Of a DNA stretch of 64,000 nucleotides, positions 42,995 to 53,118 are shown piece after piece. The notes beneath the pieces are model-generated. The model had not been told where the DNA came from. It saw only the letters and a program-made list of their open reading frames with translations, and did no database searches. The DNA comes from Thainema sp. Its GTDB lineage: Bacteria > Cyanobacteriota > Cyanobacteriia > Phormidesmidales > Phormidesmidaceae. The DNA is taken from the NCBI GenBank assembly GCA_052168235.1, contig JBQLZK010000001.1:1-64000 (forward strand), written 5' to 3'. The translations under genes and the position numbers were made by a program. Numbering within the stretch: the first letter of the stretch is position 1; each line of letters starts with the position of its first letter.

Positions 42995-43597
42995 GGTTTG
43001 ACTGTAGCCAAGAGAATTCAAGTGGCTTAGGCTTAAAATACCCTTCAGCCAAAGCAAAACGATTAAAACTGTGTAAATTTCTCTCCGCTCTTGGCGCTTA
43101 ATTGGCTGCGATATTGTGAAGATGTGTGGGGACAGGACGACAAGCGCGATCGCACCTGGAACGATCGAGACAGGACAGGGTGTATCGGGTGCCAAGATTA
43201 AAATCGGCATAGAGCAAAACAGCTCGTTTTAGGACTTCATCGCTGTCTGCATGTGGCAGTTATAAGAGTGACCCCTCTACCTGTAAATGAGGGAACTTCA
43301 GTGGTTTTGAGTGTCGTCAAACTATCTACAGGGCACGTGACGACTGCATCTACTTTTGCTCAAATCCATCGCATCTCAATGAATGATTCATATCAAGTCG
43401 AGTGAAAAACCGTCATTCGTTTTTGTGAGAAGTTGACCGATTAATTATTCACAAAAACGAGTCAAGTTCGGCACCTGTACTGGATATCAATCTCAATTTT
43501 GGTTCATCAAATAAAATCCGAGCGCCAGATATTGATTCAGCTAAACGGTTGCGATCGCATCGTTTGGGGTCAAGCTAGCACGCTTGATTCGGGCTGA

Positions 43598-43639
43598 TCT
43601 GGACTAAATCCGGACTAAATCTGGACTGATCTAGATTCA
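43598..43639 (+). repeat. 10-11 bp degenerate tandem repeat upstream of the hetF-like gene
   Basis: tctggactaaa tccggactaaa tctggactga tctagattca. Confidence 0.65.
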
Positions 43640-43754
43640 CCGAGAAACGCATTCGGTATTCATACAAAGTCCGAGTAAAACCGTGCTTTATTTTCATAGA
43701 AATAAAGCGTTTTTTACACACGGACTTGATACAAGCCGTCAGGAGATCCGCATT

Positions 43755-46448
43755 GTGACCCAGGAGTTTCATCTATCCATTACCCCCGTTGGCCAAGATA
43801 CCTACTTGATTCGTACAGAGCGTATGGCGACGGGAGTGCGTATTGCTGAAGAACAAGTGACTTGGCCGATTGAGCGCTGGTTACAGCAAACTCGTCAAGG
43901 ATTGGACGATCCGATTTTGTCCATTCTTCAGCAGCCCTTTGCCCGTCCAGATGCAGATTTATCCGGTGACGCGGATGCGCCGCAGAGTCTGCTGGTTCTG
44001 GGGCAGGAACTCTATACGGCTCTTTTTCAAGGGTCGGTGCGCGATAGCTGGATGGCGGCCCAAAGTATTGCGCAGCATCGGCGTGAAGGGTTGCGGCTGC
44101 GGGTCGGCTTGCCGGAGGCACGGCTGCATCAGTTGCCCTGGGAAGTGCTGCACGATGGCGATCGTCCGCTGGCAACGGGAACGGATATTGTCTTTTCGCG
44201 CTATCAGGTAGAACGGAGCAGCCCAACCTTTAGCCCCCATCCCTGGCAAAAGCGCTCGGAGCAGCCGCTGCGTATCCTGATGGTGACTGCCGCACCGACC
44301 GATCAAGAACGGCTCCTACTGCGGCAGGAATTTCAGCAGCTTTCGCAAGAACTGGTGCGATCGCAGTCGCCCCTCTTGATTGCGGATGCGCCAACCGTAG
44401 AAATCAAGCTGCTGGAACAGCCAGGACGAGCGGAGTTGACTCAAGCTTTGGAGCAGGGTAACTATCAGGTTTTTCACTATGCTGGCCACAGCGATCCGGG
44501 GCCTTTGGGTGGCAGTCTGTATTTGGTCAATTCCAAAACCGGGCTGACCGAAATTCTCAATGGTGAAGATTTAGCAGGATTGCTCGTCAACAACGGCATT
44601 CGCATGGCGGTGCTCAATTCCTGTCGCGGCAACTATGACGCTGATCCAGGGTTGGCTGCGGAAAATGGCCAGCGGAATTTAGCGCAGGCTCTGCTGCGGC
44701 GTGGTGTTCCTGGTGTACTGGCGATGGCTGAGCGGATTCCCGACGAGGTGGCTATCACGCTGTCGCGCCTGTTCTACCGCAATTTAAAGCAGGGCTATCC
44801 GGTGGATTTGAGCCTTAGTCGAGCACGGCAGGGTTTGATCTCGGCCTATGGTTCTCAGCAGCTCTACTGGGCGCTGCCCGTTCTATATCTTCATCACCAG
44901 TTTGATGGCTATGTGGCTGCCGCAACCACTGACGCTGGCCTACCGCTGATGGCGGGCTACGACAGCCTGGATTTGGATGCGACGGCAAATTGGCATGATC
45001 CAGAGTTTGCCGATGCGATCGCAGAAGCAGGCATCCAAGTGGGTATTAACGATGAGCTATCGCAACTGGAATCTGCCCCATTTGCGTCCGAGTGGGATGA
45101 TGAGTCGCTGCGGCCTTGGCTGGATGCTCAGCCCACTCAGTCAGAGGCTGGTTCAGAAGCTGCACCTGCCGAGTGGCCTGCGACCCAGTCCGGTTTGCCC
45201 TCTGGGTCAGATGTCAGCGCATTGGCCGATGAGCTAGATCAGGACACTAGCCGCTATGCCGATGATGCCGCCACGGTTGCCAACCTGATTGAACAACTCT
45301 CACATACAGAATCCAGCGCGGCTCCTACGACTGAGCCGTCCGTTCGTGCGTCTCAAGACGAGATCTTGCTGCCGGACGCATCTTCCCAGCGGGTTTCGAC
45401 CCTTTATCGAGATTGGACACAGCCACCAGCCGTAGATCAACCTGGCGCAAACCCAGAATTACCTTATCCATCAGAATTACCTTATCCAAATGAAGCGGGT
45501 TCGGCTGCAGCTTATCCATCTGCATCACCATCCTCAGGTGAATCGAATCAGCCTCAAAATCCTAGAAATCGCGATCGCAAGTTGCTCTGGGCCGGAATTG
45601 GCGCAGGCGTGGTCAGTATTTTGGCGGCGGCATTACTCAGCACGGCAGTGCTGCATCTCGCCAGCCAGAATGGGCGATCGCCGGGAATTTTAGACGATAT
45701 TGAGCAGGTACCCGATCCCATTCAGTCCATGTCCTCCGATCAGTTAGCAGAACAGACGACAGGCGATTTGACGACGATTGCGCTCGTGCGGCTCCAAAAC
45801 GGTAATGTAGACTCCGCTGCCGATGCGGTTGAAGTGCTGCTCGATCGCGGCGCACTGCCCCAAGCCGAAACCGTTTTGGCTGAAGTTCCCTCGTCTCTGC
45901 TGAATGATCCAACGATCAACTTCCTCAAGGGACGTTTGGCCTGGCAGTTTATAGAGGTTGGTAATGCAGATTACAGCGCTAGCGATGCCCGTCGCTACTG
46001 GGAAGCTGCGGTGGCGGATGAGTCGGAAAACCCGCTCTATCAGATTGCGCTCGGTTTTGCCTATTACGCAGAAGACCGCTTTGAGGTTGCTGCCCAGACT
46101 TGGCTCAATGCTCTGTCGATGATTGAAGAACAACAAACTGCCGCGCTCAAACAGCAAATCCCTAATTATGCGCCCGATTCGGAGGAATACGCTTTGGTTG
46201 AGCCTTCGCTGACTGATGATGATCACGCCTTAACTGCCTATGCTGGACTGGCGCTGGCCTCTGCACAACTGGCTCAAAGCCAGCCCGATCCCATTCAAAC
46301 CACCATGCTCAGTAAAGCACACAAGCTTTATCGCACGGTGATTAGCAATGATGCAGAGCAGTTCCAAACCCTCAAGCTGGCGCAAAACTGGCTCTGGAGC
46401 GAATCCGCGATCGCAGACTGGCAAACCCTGCCCAATTTGTTTAACTAG
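43755..46448 (+). CDS. hetF: HetF-like CHAT-domain protease with TM helix and TPR-like C-terminus
   Basis: GTG start after AGGAG gives MTQEFHLSITPVGQDTYLIRTE (HetF-type N-terminus); LPWE, FHYAGHS, VLNSC catalytic dyad, YWALPVLY. Confidence 0.8.
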   Translation: MTQEFHLSITPVGQDTYLIRTERMATGVRIAEEQVTWPIERWLQQTRQGLDDPILSILQQPFARPDADLSGDADAPQSLLVLGQELYTALFQGSVRDSWMAAQSIAQHRREGLRLRVGLPEARLHQLPWEVLHDGDRPLATGTDIVFSRYQVERSSPTFSPHPWQKRSEQPLRILMVTAAPTDQERLLLRQEFQQLSQELVRSQSPLLIADAPTVEIKLLEQPGRAELTQALEQGNYQVFHYAGHSDPGPLGGSLYLVNSKTGLTEILNGEDLAGLLVNNGIRMAVLNSCRGNYDADPGLAAENGQRNLAQALLRRGVPGVLAMAERIPDEVAITLSRLFYRNLKQGYPVDLSLSRARQGLISAYGSQQLYWALPVLYLHHQFDGYVAAATTDAGLPLMAGYDSLDLDATANWHDPEFADAIAEAGIQVGINDELSQLESAPFASEWDDESLRPWLDAQPTQSEAGSEAAPAEWPATQSGLPSGSDVSALADELDQDTSRYADDAATVANLIEQLSHTESSAAPTTEPSVRASQDEILLPDASSQRVSTLYRDWTQPPAVDQPGANPELPYPSELPYPNEAGSAAAYPSASPSSGESNQPQNPRNRDRKLLWAGIGAGVVSILAAALLSTAVLHLASQNGRSPGILDDIEQVPDPIQSMSSDQLAEQTTGDLTTIALVRLQNGNVDSAADAVEVLLDRGALPQAETVLAEVPSSLLNDPTINFLKGRLAWQFIEVGNADYSASDARRYWEAAVADESENPLYQIALGFAYYAEDRFEVAAQTWLNALSMIEEQQTAALKQQIPNYAPDSEEYALVEPSLTDDDHALTAYAGLALASAQLAQSQPDPIQTTMLSKAHKLYRTVISNDAEQFQTLKLAQNWLWSESAIADWQTLPNLFN

Positions 46449-46470
46449 GGACAAGATGGGAAGCTCTGAA

Positions 46471-46526
46471 CATGTTGAAACGTTTGAGCGTTCGAACGTT
46501 CGAACGCTCCAACATTTCAACGTTGG
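46471..46526. repeat. Array of seven 8-bp AACGTTnn-like units forming a palindrome
   Basis: catgttga aacgtttg agcgttcg aacgttcg aacgctcc aacatttc aacgttgg. Confidence 0.8.
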
Positions 46527-46595
46527 ATCGTATCAAGATCTCCATCCCAAATAGTGAGGGTAGGCGATGGCTGTGATCGAGATGGCGATGATCGA

Positions 46596-47276
46596 TTAGC
46601 GGCGAAACTGATAGGCCGTGTCCTCCGCGCCCCAGACTTGATTTCCGTCGGCGTCAAATCCCCGATCCCAGGTATTCATTCCCTGAGCATGTAGCAGTAC
46701 CTGATTGGTAATGCGTACCGCGCCCCGGAAATCAGCCGGACAGCCGCCAATTGGCGTTTTACCGAGGTAGCCGCTCGGCACGGGGCGTAAAAACACGTCA
46801 CACACCGACTCGCCTAAGTCCGCTGCTGGCACCATCCGATTTGCTTCAGGTCGGTCACATAGACCAATCCAAGCTGCCGGATGAGACGGCTTGTAGCTGT
46901 GCGATCGCACACTCTGGCTCAGTTCGTGGGGCACAATCTGTAAAAACCGTTGCCGATAGGGCTGCTCAAGCTGGGCCATCAGCGCCTGTTCCTGGTAAAG
47001 GTACGTTCCTTGACCATCACGACTGCCTGTTTCACTCGCCTCAACTTGAATCACGCAGGTTGTCATCTGCACCGCCGCTGTTTCCTCACTGGCTGCTGCC
47101 TGTGCCGATGTATCCATCTGTCCGACCAGATACGACACAATTTCGTCTGCCTGTGACTCTAGATCCGGATTGGCCTGAACGGGCCAGCTGAACAGAATCG
47201 GCAGAAGTGCGATCGCAACTCCACTTATCTTGCTCAAACCACAACTATTCCTAGACCGTCTTATCTTTAACCCCAT
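46596..47276 (-). CDS. cpcT: CpcT/CpeT family chromophore lyase-like protein
   Basis: LYQEQA...PYRQRFL, TWDRGFDADGNQVWG. Confidence 0.8.
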   Translation of the reverse strand: MGLKIRRSRNSCGLSKISGVAIALLPILFSWPVQANPDLESQADEIVSYLVGQMDTSAQAAASEETAAVQMTTCVIQVEASETGSRDGQGTYLYQEQALMAQLEQPYRQRFLQIVPHELSQSVRSHSYKPSHPAAWIGLCDRPEANRMVPAADLGESVCDVFLRPVPSGYLGKTPIGGCPADFRGAVRITNQVLLHAQGMNTWDRGFDADGNQVWGAEDTAYQFRR

Positions 47277-47513
47277 TTCAACCCCGCTTCGTCATGCTTG
47301 GTTCTCCTATCTTGCCAAAACTTTCTTACCAAAACTTGCTCGCCAAAACTTTAGAGGTAGCCGTTGCCATTGGATCTGAGGCATTAGTCAGTTTTTCGAT
47401 AAGCAGCAACCTCAGGTCATTCGCACCTACACTAGGAAGAAGCGAGTGTTGCTGCATTGCAGGCATACGCACACCGCAAGTCCGGCTTGAGCAGGGCAGC
47501 AGTAGGAGGAGGA

Positions 47514-48437
47514 ATGAAGGCTCAAATGCACCAGGAGCAGACGGTCAATATTGCATTAATCGGGGATATTCATGACCAGTGGAGTGCCGCTGACAACGAG
47601 GCGTTGACTCAGCTTGGGTTTGATTTAGCGCTGTTTGTGGGGGATTTTGGCAATGAATCGGTAGACGTTGTGCGGCAGATTGCTGAACTTGAAATTCCAA
47701 AGGCTGCAATTATGGGCAACCACGATGCGTGGTACAGTGCTTCCGACTGGGGACGGAGCAAATGCCCCTACGATCGCAGATTGGAAGACCGCGTCCAAGC
47801 TCAGTTGGATTTACTGGGAGAAGCCCACGTTGGCTACAGCAAGCTGGATTTAGCCGATCTCAAGCTTTCAATTGTGGGCGGACGCCCGTTTAGCTGGGGT
47901 GGCAGCGCCTGGAAAAACGGACAGTTTTACCAAGAGCGCTACGGAATTTCAGGGTTCGAGGAATCCATCGAGCAAATTATGAACTCCATGCAGCAAGCGG
48001 CATACGAAACGGTTTTGATGATTGGTCACTGTGGGCCAACGGGACTCGGTGATACGGCAGAAGCGCCCTGTGGTAAAGATTGGAACCCGATCGGAGGAGA
48101 CTACGGCGATCCGGATTTGGCAGTTGCGATCGCACAGGCCAGAGAACTCGGCAAAGTCATTCCTCTTGTCACCTTTGGTCACATGCACCATCGCTTGCGG
48201 CATCGTAAAGATCGACTGCGCCAAATGGTATCAGTCGATAAAGCCCATACGGTTTATGTGAACTGCGCCAGCGTGCCGCGCGTGATTGAAACGGAGCAGG
48301 GCGTACTGCGAAACTTTTCCCAGGTGACGCTGCGGGCACAGCAGGTTACAAAGGCCGCATTGATTTGGGTGAATTCTGAGTATCAAGTCGCTTCAGAAGA
48401 AATTTTGTACGAAGCTGAAACTGCGATCGCGCATTAA
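47514..48437 (+). CDS. DevT-like (TIGR04168-type) metallophosphoesterase
   Basis: GDIHD, VGDFGNE, GNHD, GHCGP, FGHMH; strong AGGAGG RBS. Confidence 0.85.
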   Translation: MKAQMHQEQTVNIALIGDIHDQWSAADNEALTQLGFDLALFVGDFGNESVDVVRQIAELEIPKAAIMGNHDAWYSASDWGRSKCPYDRRLEDRVQAQLDLLGEAHVGYSKLDLADLKLSIVGGRPFSWGGSAWKNGQFYQERYGISGFEESIEQIMNSMQQAAYETVLMIGHCGPTGLGDTAEAPCGKDWNPIGGDYGDPDLAVAIAQARELGKVIPLVTFGHMHHRLRHRKDRLRQMVSVDKAHTVYVNCASVPRVIETEQGVLRNFSQVTLRAQQVTKAALIWVNSEYQVASEEILYEAETAIAH

Positions 48438-48484
48438 CGATATCGCGCATTGATAATACCGAATCCAATTAGAAAGAACCCGCA

Positions 48485-48531
48485 TTATTTTGTGTAAAAG
48501 TTAGGCACAGCCTGACTTTTACACAAAATAA
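48485..48531. terminator. 22-bp hairpin between convergent genes
   Basis: ttattttgtgtaaaagttaggc-aca-gcctgacttttacacaaaataa. Confidence 0.65.
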
Positions 48532-48553
48532 ACACTCTAGGCACGTAAAATCG

Positions 48554-49024
48554 CTAGTCCATACTCTGATTCAGATGATCGAGAGAACTCGAAACAGCCG
48601 ATTGAGACATCGAGCTTAGCGTCGGAAATACATACAGCACATCACCGTGATCGTTCGGCTCAAAATTGGCGTAAAACTCACGGGCGCGGGCATTCAGAAA
48701 CTCTCTCGCTTCTGGCCCAGTCAGGTTGGTATGCACCGCAAAATCAAACACCGTAATGCGACCCTGGTTTGCCTGGAGCAACTGGTAAAACGTTTGCTGA
48801 AGAAACGTCTGCTTAGCCTTGATGGTTCGCTGTCGTCGTCGCCAAAATCGCCATCCAATTAGCCCCAGCGTAATGGCCAGGAAAATCGGCCAGTAGCTTT
48901 TAATCAGCAGCACCAGCAGCACCAGCACAACGCCGATGCCAATTCCAGCAGCACAGCCCATTTCTAAGCCCATACGTTCCTGTGACAGTTTTCCATACAG
49001 TAGTTTCGGCGGACGATGGCTCAC
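48554..49024 (-). CDS. Hypothetical membrane protein
   Basis: Two N-terminal TM helices; FYQLL..NQGRIT..FA..NL..AREFL..A.FE...G.V.Y.F cyanobacterial pattern. Confidence 0.75.
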   Translation of the reverse strand: MSHRPPKLLYGKLSQERMGLEMGCAAGIGIGVVLVLLVLLIKSYWPIFLAITLGLIGWRFWRRRQRTIKAKQTFLQQTFYQLLQANQGRITVFDFAVHTNLTGPEAREFLNARAREFYANFEPNDHGDVLYVFPTLSSMSQSAVSSSLDHLNQSMD

Positions 49025-49295
49025 ATTAAAATGGTGTTCAAAGCTTAAATATTTTCAACTTTATAGTAATACCTAAGCCTAGTTGCAAATACGGACGTAT
49101 TACGAATAATCCGTATTTTCCCGGTCTTCGACACCTGCTGTTGAAATCTTGTATTGTGGAAAACCAGCACCTGACGCGAGCTAATTAACTGACTGTTGCA
49201 TCGTCCGTCGCTTCGCCCTTTTTCTAATATGAACCAAATTAACGAAATCGTAGGGTGCCTCATGCCAGTTTTATAACAGACGAACCGAGCCGTGG

Positions 49296-51359
49296 ATGCG
49301 TAGTATGAACGATTCCAATCTGCGATCGCTAACCAGCGCCATTCAGGATATTGCATCCCCGTTTCGGACGTACTTAGTGGATCTGCACGAGAAGTACCAG
49401 TCTTTCACCGAGGGTAAGCCTGCCAATCCGTTAGCCGGAATTGAACCACCCGCAGCCGACTTTTTTGGCGTGTGTATTGCCACGGTCGATGGTCAGGTGT
49501 ATGAGGTAGGCCACTGCCACCAGCCCTTTGCAATTCAAGCCCTGTCTCGTGCCCTGCTCTATGGCCTAGCACTGGAAGATCACGGACGAGAGCAGGTAAG
49601 TCACTACGTTGGCATCGAACCCTATCGCGAACTAGAAACGCTGATTGGGTTGAACAGCAATAAACATCGTCCCCATAACCCGCTGACGGACACTGGGGCA
49701 ATCGTGATTGCGGGATTGATCAAAGGTGACAGCTTGGTCAGTCGGTTTAAGCGGGTGATGGCGATGCTGAGCCGCTACGCCGGACGGGATATTTTGACCA
49801 GTCTGCCAGTTTTTCTCTCGCAAAAAGAGCAGGGTGAGCGGGAACAAGCGATCGCACATTTGATGGTGAAAATGGGGCTGGTGCAGCGCCCGATAACCGA
49901 TGTGCTCGACCTCTATTTTCAGTGCAGTTCGGTCATGGTTAACAGTCGCGACTTGGCGGTGATTGCGGCAACTCTGGCCAATGGCGGGTTGAATCCAGTT
50001 ACGGGAGAACGGGCCATTCAGGAACAGTACATTCAGGACGTAATTAGCGTTATCTTGACCTGCGGCATGCATGACTCGTCTGGGGAATGGACATATCAGG
50101 TTGGCATTCCCGCCCAGGCTGAACCGAATGGCGGCGTGATGGGAATCGTGCCCCAAAAGCAGGGAATTGGCATCTTTTCGCCTCGGCTGGATGACCACGG
50201 CAATAGCATTCGCGGCATGAAAGTCTGCCAGGATTTGGCCACCGATCACCATCTGCATGTGTTCAATATTTATGAAAAGAACCAGCAGATGGCGAAATAT
50301 ATCGAGCAGGTTGAAAAAATTACCGCTGCTGCGATCGCAGTTAAACAGGGCACGTTTGCGGCCAACAGTCTCGATAGCCTTGTCCAGCGTGCTGATGAGT
50401 TAGGCGAACTGGCGCGGGTGTTCACCAACATGGTGGAAACGATTCAGGCTCGCGAACAAGAGCTGAGTGCCGCCAATCGGCAGTTAGAGGCGCTTGTCAA
50501 TGCCTACGGGCGGTTTGTGCCCCATGAGTACCTAAAATTTCTGCATAAGGATAGCATCGTTGATGTCGATCTAGGCGACTACGTTAGTACCGAAATGGCG
50601 GTCATGTTCTCAGACATTCGCTCATTTACGGCACTGTCGGAATACATGACGCCGCAGGAAAGCTTTGACTTTATCAATGCCTATCTGGGGCACGTCGGCC
50701 CAGAAATTCACAGATATCACGGCATCACGATTAAGTATCTGGGAGATGGACTAATGGCCGTTTTCCCCAGTGGAGTGGATGATGCGATCGCAGCCGGACT
50801 GGCTAAGCTCAAGCGCTTGCAGGACTATAATCGGCAGCGCCAAGCGGCTGGTGAACCGTCCATCAACATCGGCATCGGCGTCCACGTTGGCCACATGATG
50901 ATTGGCATTATTGGCGAATCCAATCGGATGCAGGGCGATGCCTTTTCTGGCACGATTACGCTGACTGCGCGACTGGAAGGATTAACCAAATATTACGGGG
51001 TGCATCTTTTGGTCTCAGAAGACGCACTTAATCAGCTGCAGCGCCCAACCTACCAGTTTCGCTTTCTCGATCGCGCCATTGTCAAAGGCCGGACTGAACC
51101 CATCGGCGTTTATGAAGTGCTCAATGCTGAACCAGCGCCAATTCAGCAACTGAAGCAAGAAACAGCCACGCTATTTGATGAAGGGATTCAGCACTATTGC
51201 CAAGGCGACTTTGTCAAGGCCACTGCCTGTTTTAAGCAGGTTGTCACAATTAATCCGTTTGACCAAACCGCTCGGCTCTATCTCCATCGCATTCAGCAGT
51301 TGCAGGCAGAGGGTATTCCGAACAACTGGGCGGGTATTTGGACGTTTACCCAAAAATAA
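49296..51359 (+). CDS. Degenerate glutaminase domain + HAMP + class III adenylate/guanylate cyclase fusion
   Basis: Glutaminase fold motifs (ATLANGGLNP, TCGMxDxSG, SPRLDDHGNSIRG); HAMP (RADELGELARVFTNM); cyclase (FSDIRSFT, KYLGDG, GIGVHVG, ARLEGLTK, VKGR). Confidence 0.88.
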   Translation: MRSMNDSNLRSLTSAIQDIASPFRTYLVDLHEKYQSFTEGKPANPLAGIEPPAADFFGVCIATVDGQVYEVGHCHQPFAIQALSRALLYGLALEDHGREQVSHYVGIEPYRELETLIGLNSNKHRPHNPLTDTGAIVIAGLIKGDSLVSRFKRVMAMLSRYAGRDILTSLPVFLSQKEQGEREQAIAHLMVKMGLVQRPITDVLDLYFQCSSVMVNSRDLAVIAATLANGGLNPVTGERAIQEQYIQDVISVILTCGMHDSSGEWTYQVGIPAQAEPNGGVMGIVPQKQGIGIFSPRLDDHGNSIRGMKVCQDLATDHHLHVFNIYEKNQQMAKYIEQVEKITAAAIAVKQGTFAANSLDSLVQRADELGELARVFTNMVETIQAREQELSAANRQLEALVNAYGRFVPHEYLKFLHKDSIVDVDLGDYVSTEMAVMFSDIRSFTALSEYMTPQESFDFINAYLGHVGPEIHRYHGITIKYLGDGLMAVFPSGVDDAIAAGLAKLKRLQDYNRQRQAAGEPSINIGIGVHVGHMMIGIIGESNRMQGDAFSGTITLTARLEGLTKYYGVHLLVSEDALNQLQRPTYQFRFLDRAIVKGRTEPIGVYEVLNAEPAPIQQLKQETATLFDEGIQHYCQGDFVKATACFKQVVTINPFDQTARLYLHRIQQLQAEGIPNNWAGIWTFTQK

Positions 51360-51450
51360 GTCTGCTAAAAAACCGAACTGTTCTTGTGAACGTCCGGCAT
51401 GATTCGGACAGCCACAAGAACGATTCGGTTCTTTCTCTTCAGATTTGGCA

Positions 51451-51699
51451 CTACTGGGCAACAGCCGGTGGAGCTAAGGGAATAGACGGTTCAACCGAAA
51501 TCGAATTAGATAGGGATAATTTAGCTTGAGCGGCATTCGCTGAAATCGTCTCGGACTCAATCAGAATAGATGAGAATTCTTGGCGACATGAGGTGCAAAA
51601 CAGAACAATACTGCCCTTATTGACGTGTCGTAGCAGTGGGTGATCACAAACCGGACAAAAAGCTTGCTGATTGAGTTTGGAGTTCATTAAATTGCTCAT
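51451..51699 (-). CDS. Small zinc-ribbon-like protein
   Basis: CPVC-x3-LLRH...FCTSCRQE. Confidence 0.65.
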   Translation of the reverse strand: MSNLMNSKLNQQAFCPVCDHPLLRHVNKGSIVLFCTSCRQEFSSILIESETISANAAQAKLSLSNSISVEPSIPLAPPAVAQ

Positions 51700-52944
51700 A
51701 ATAGTAAAGAATTCAAAGTAGATGATTTAAGACCGCCAAGCCTTATCAGTCCTCAATCACAAAGATTTAATTATCAGTTCATCACGTTTGACGTTAAGGT
51801 TGGGCAACAGCACGTTTTATATTCGGTATTACGCTTGGTATGTGTACTGGATACCCTGTAATAAACATACCGCCGTGTCAACTGCTCCAGTTCTACAAAT
51901 ACATTGCACATCGGCTAACCACCGCTATCAGAATCTATAAAACGGTAAAACTGACTCGACATAATGTATCCAAGTGAGCAAACAATGACTTTCTTAACAG
52001 AAATAATGATGAAATGATGACTAAGTTGCGCTAGTTCAAAATGAATAGGGTTGAGGACAAGGGCTCAATACTGAATGAAGTTGAATACAGGTTTAATACA
52101 AACAACTGCAAACAGTGGGTGCAAATAATTACAGGATATTAATCGAGTTTTGTTTTTGATTTTTGTTACAGTTTTATTGCAAGTTTGTTACAGCTAAACG
52201 TTGATTGATGGGAGAAGTAGCCTGCGATCGCACATAGCTACATGTAATCAAGAGCAGATAGTTGTGGATAAGGTCTGAATCCAGCGTGAATGAGTTTTGA
52301 TTATCCCTGCGTAAGCGCCTCTAATACCGTAGGAAAAACATTTGTTTGTTATCAGGATAAAAACCGAACGCATAAAGGACGGATATTACACATTGGTCAG
52401 TGACTATTTAGGAATAAGATGAAATCATCTTATTTGCTTCAGTCTTTATCATTTCCTATTTTTGATAGTTCTGAGTCTATCTAGGGAACGATATAAGTAA
52501 GATTTAAGCCAAAGTCTTGAGCAAACTTAATCAGGATGAGGTAGCCTTGTCAGGGTGAGTTTGTTTTAGACCCATCGCAATCCACCGCAGCGATGCTAGT
52601 GCTGTCAGGCATAGCTTGCTACAGAACGACAAGCTGTTTGGCCGCTGCTAACCCCCAAATGTCCAAAATTACATCTTGTCCCCCAGCCTGAAAAGTCGTG
52701 TTGCCGCCACAGTGCCGTAGCAATATGACAGCTTTGGGTTCTAGATCGATTGGGTGCAAGATCAGGCAACCCGAAACGGTGAACGTTTGACTTTTAAGTG
52801 ATAACAGTCGGTTGTTTTGGCGTCTTCACGGTAGGAAATCGCGCGCTCAGTTTCATTTGCTTTCGTGAAACGATTTGGTTTGGGGTTAATATTCATCTTC
52901 TGTCATATGTTGATGCATTAATTTACTTTTTTCTGGAGGTTTCC

Positions 52945-53097
52945 ATGGTACAATCGCCCAACTCTCGCTCAACCCGTTCGCAATCACGTGCTGGTCAAGG
53001 TATTCATCCTCTAGATGATTCCTTTGACTTCAGCCAATGGGCTCAGCTTGTGCGTCAGCAGATGATAGCTTCTATCCAAAAGCGGAATGGACAGTAG
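52945..53097 (+). CDS. Small protein (50 aa)
   Basis: GGAGGT RBS 4 nt before ATG; amphipathic C-terminal helix FDFSQWAQLVRQQMIASIQKR. Confidence 0.6.
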   Translation: MVQSPNSRSTRSQSRAGQGIHPLDDSFDFSQWAQLVRQQMIASIQKRNGQ

Positions 53098-53118
53098 ACC
53101 CTACTAACAATTAGTAGG

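Noticed and set aside
46471..46526. Short repeat arrays here and at 10271, 43598 and 60394 as possible CRISPR arrays
   Set aside because: Units are 8-13 bp and contiguous with no spacers, and there are no cas genes.
48450..48560. Hairpins at 48485 and 53119 as further TIR-framed elements
   Set aside because: Outer inverted repeats are too weak to support; kept only as hairpins.
49030..49295. NtcA site or glutamine riboswitch upstream of the glutaminase-cyclase gene
   Set aside because: I found no GTA-N8-TAC and no glnA-motif consensus, only an unexplained IR (aaatacgga...tccgtattt).
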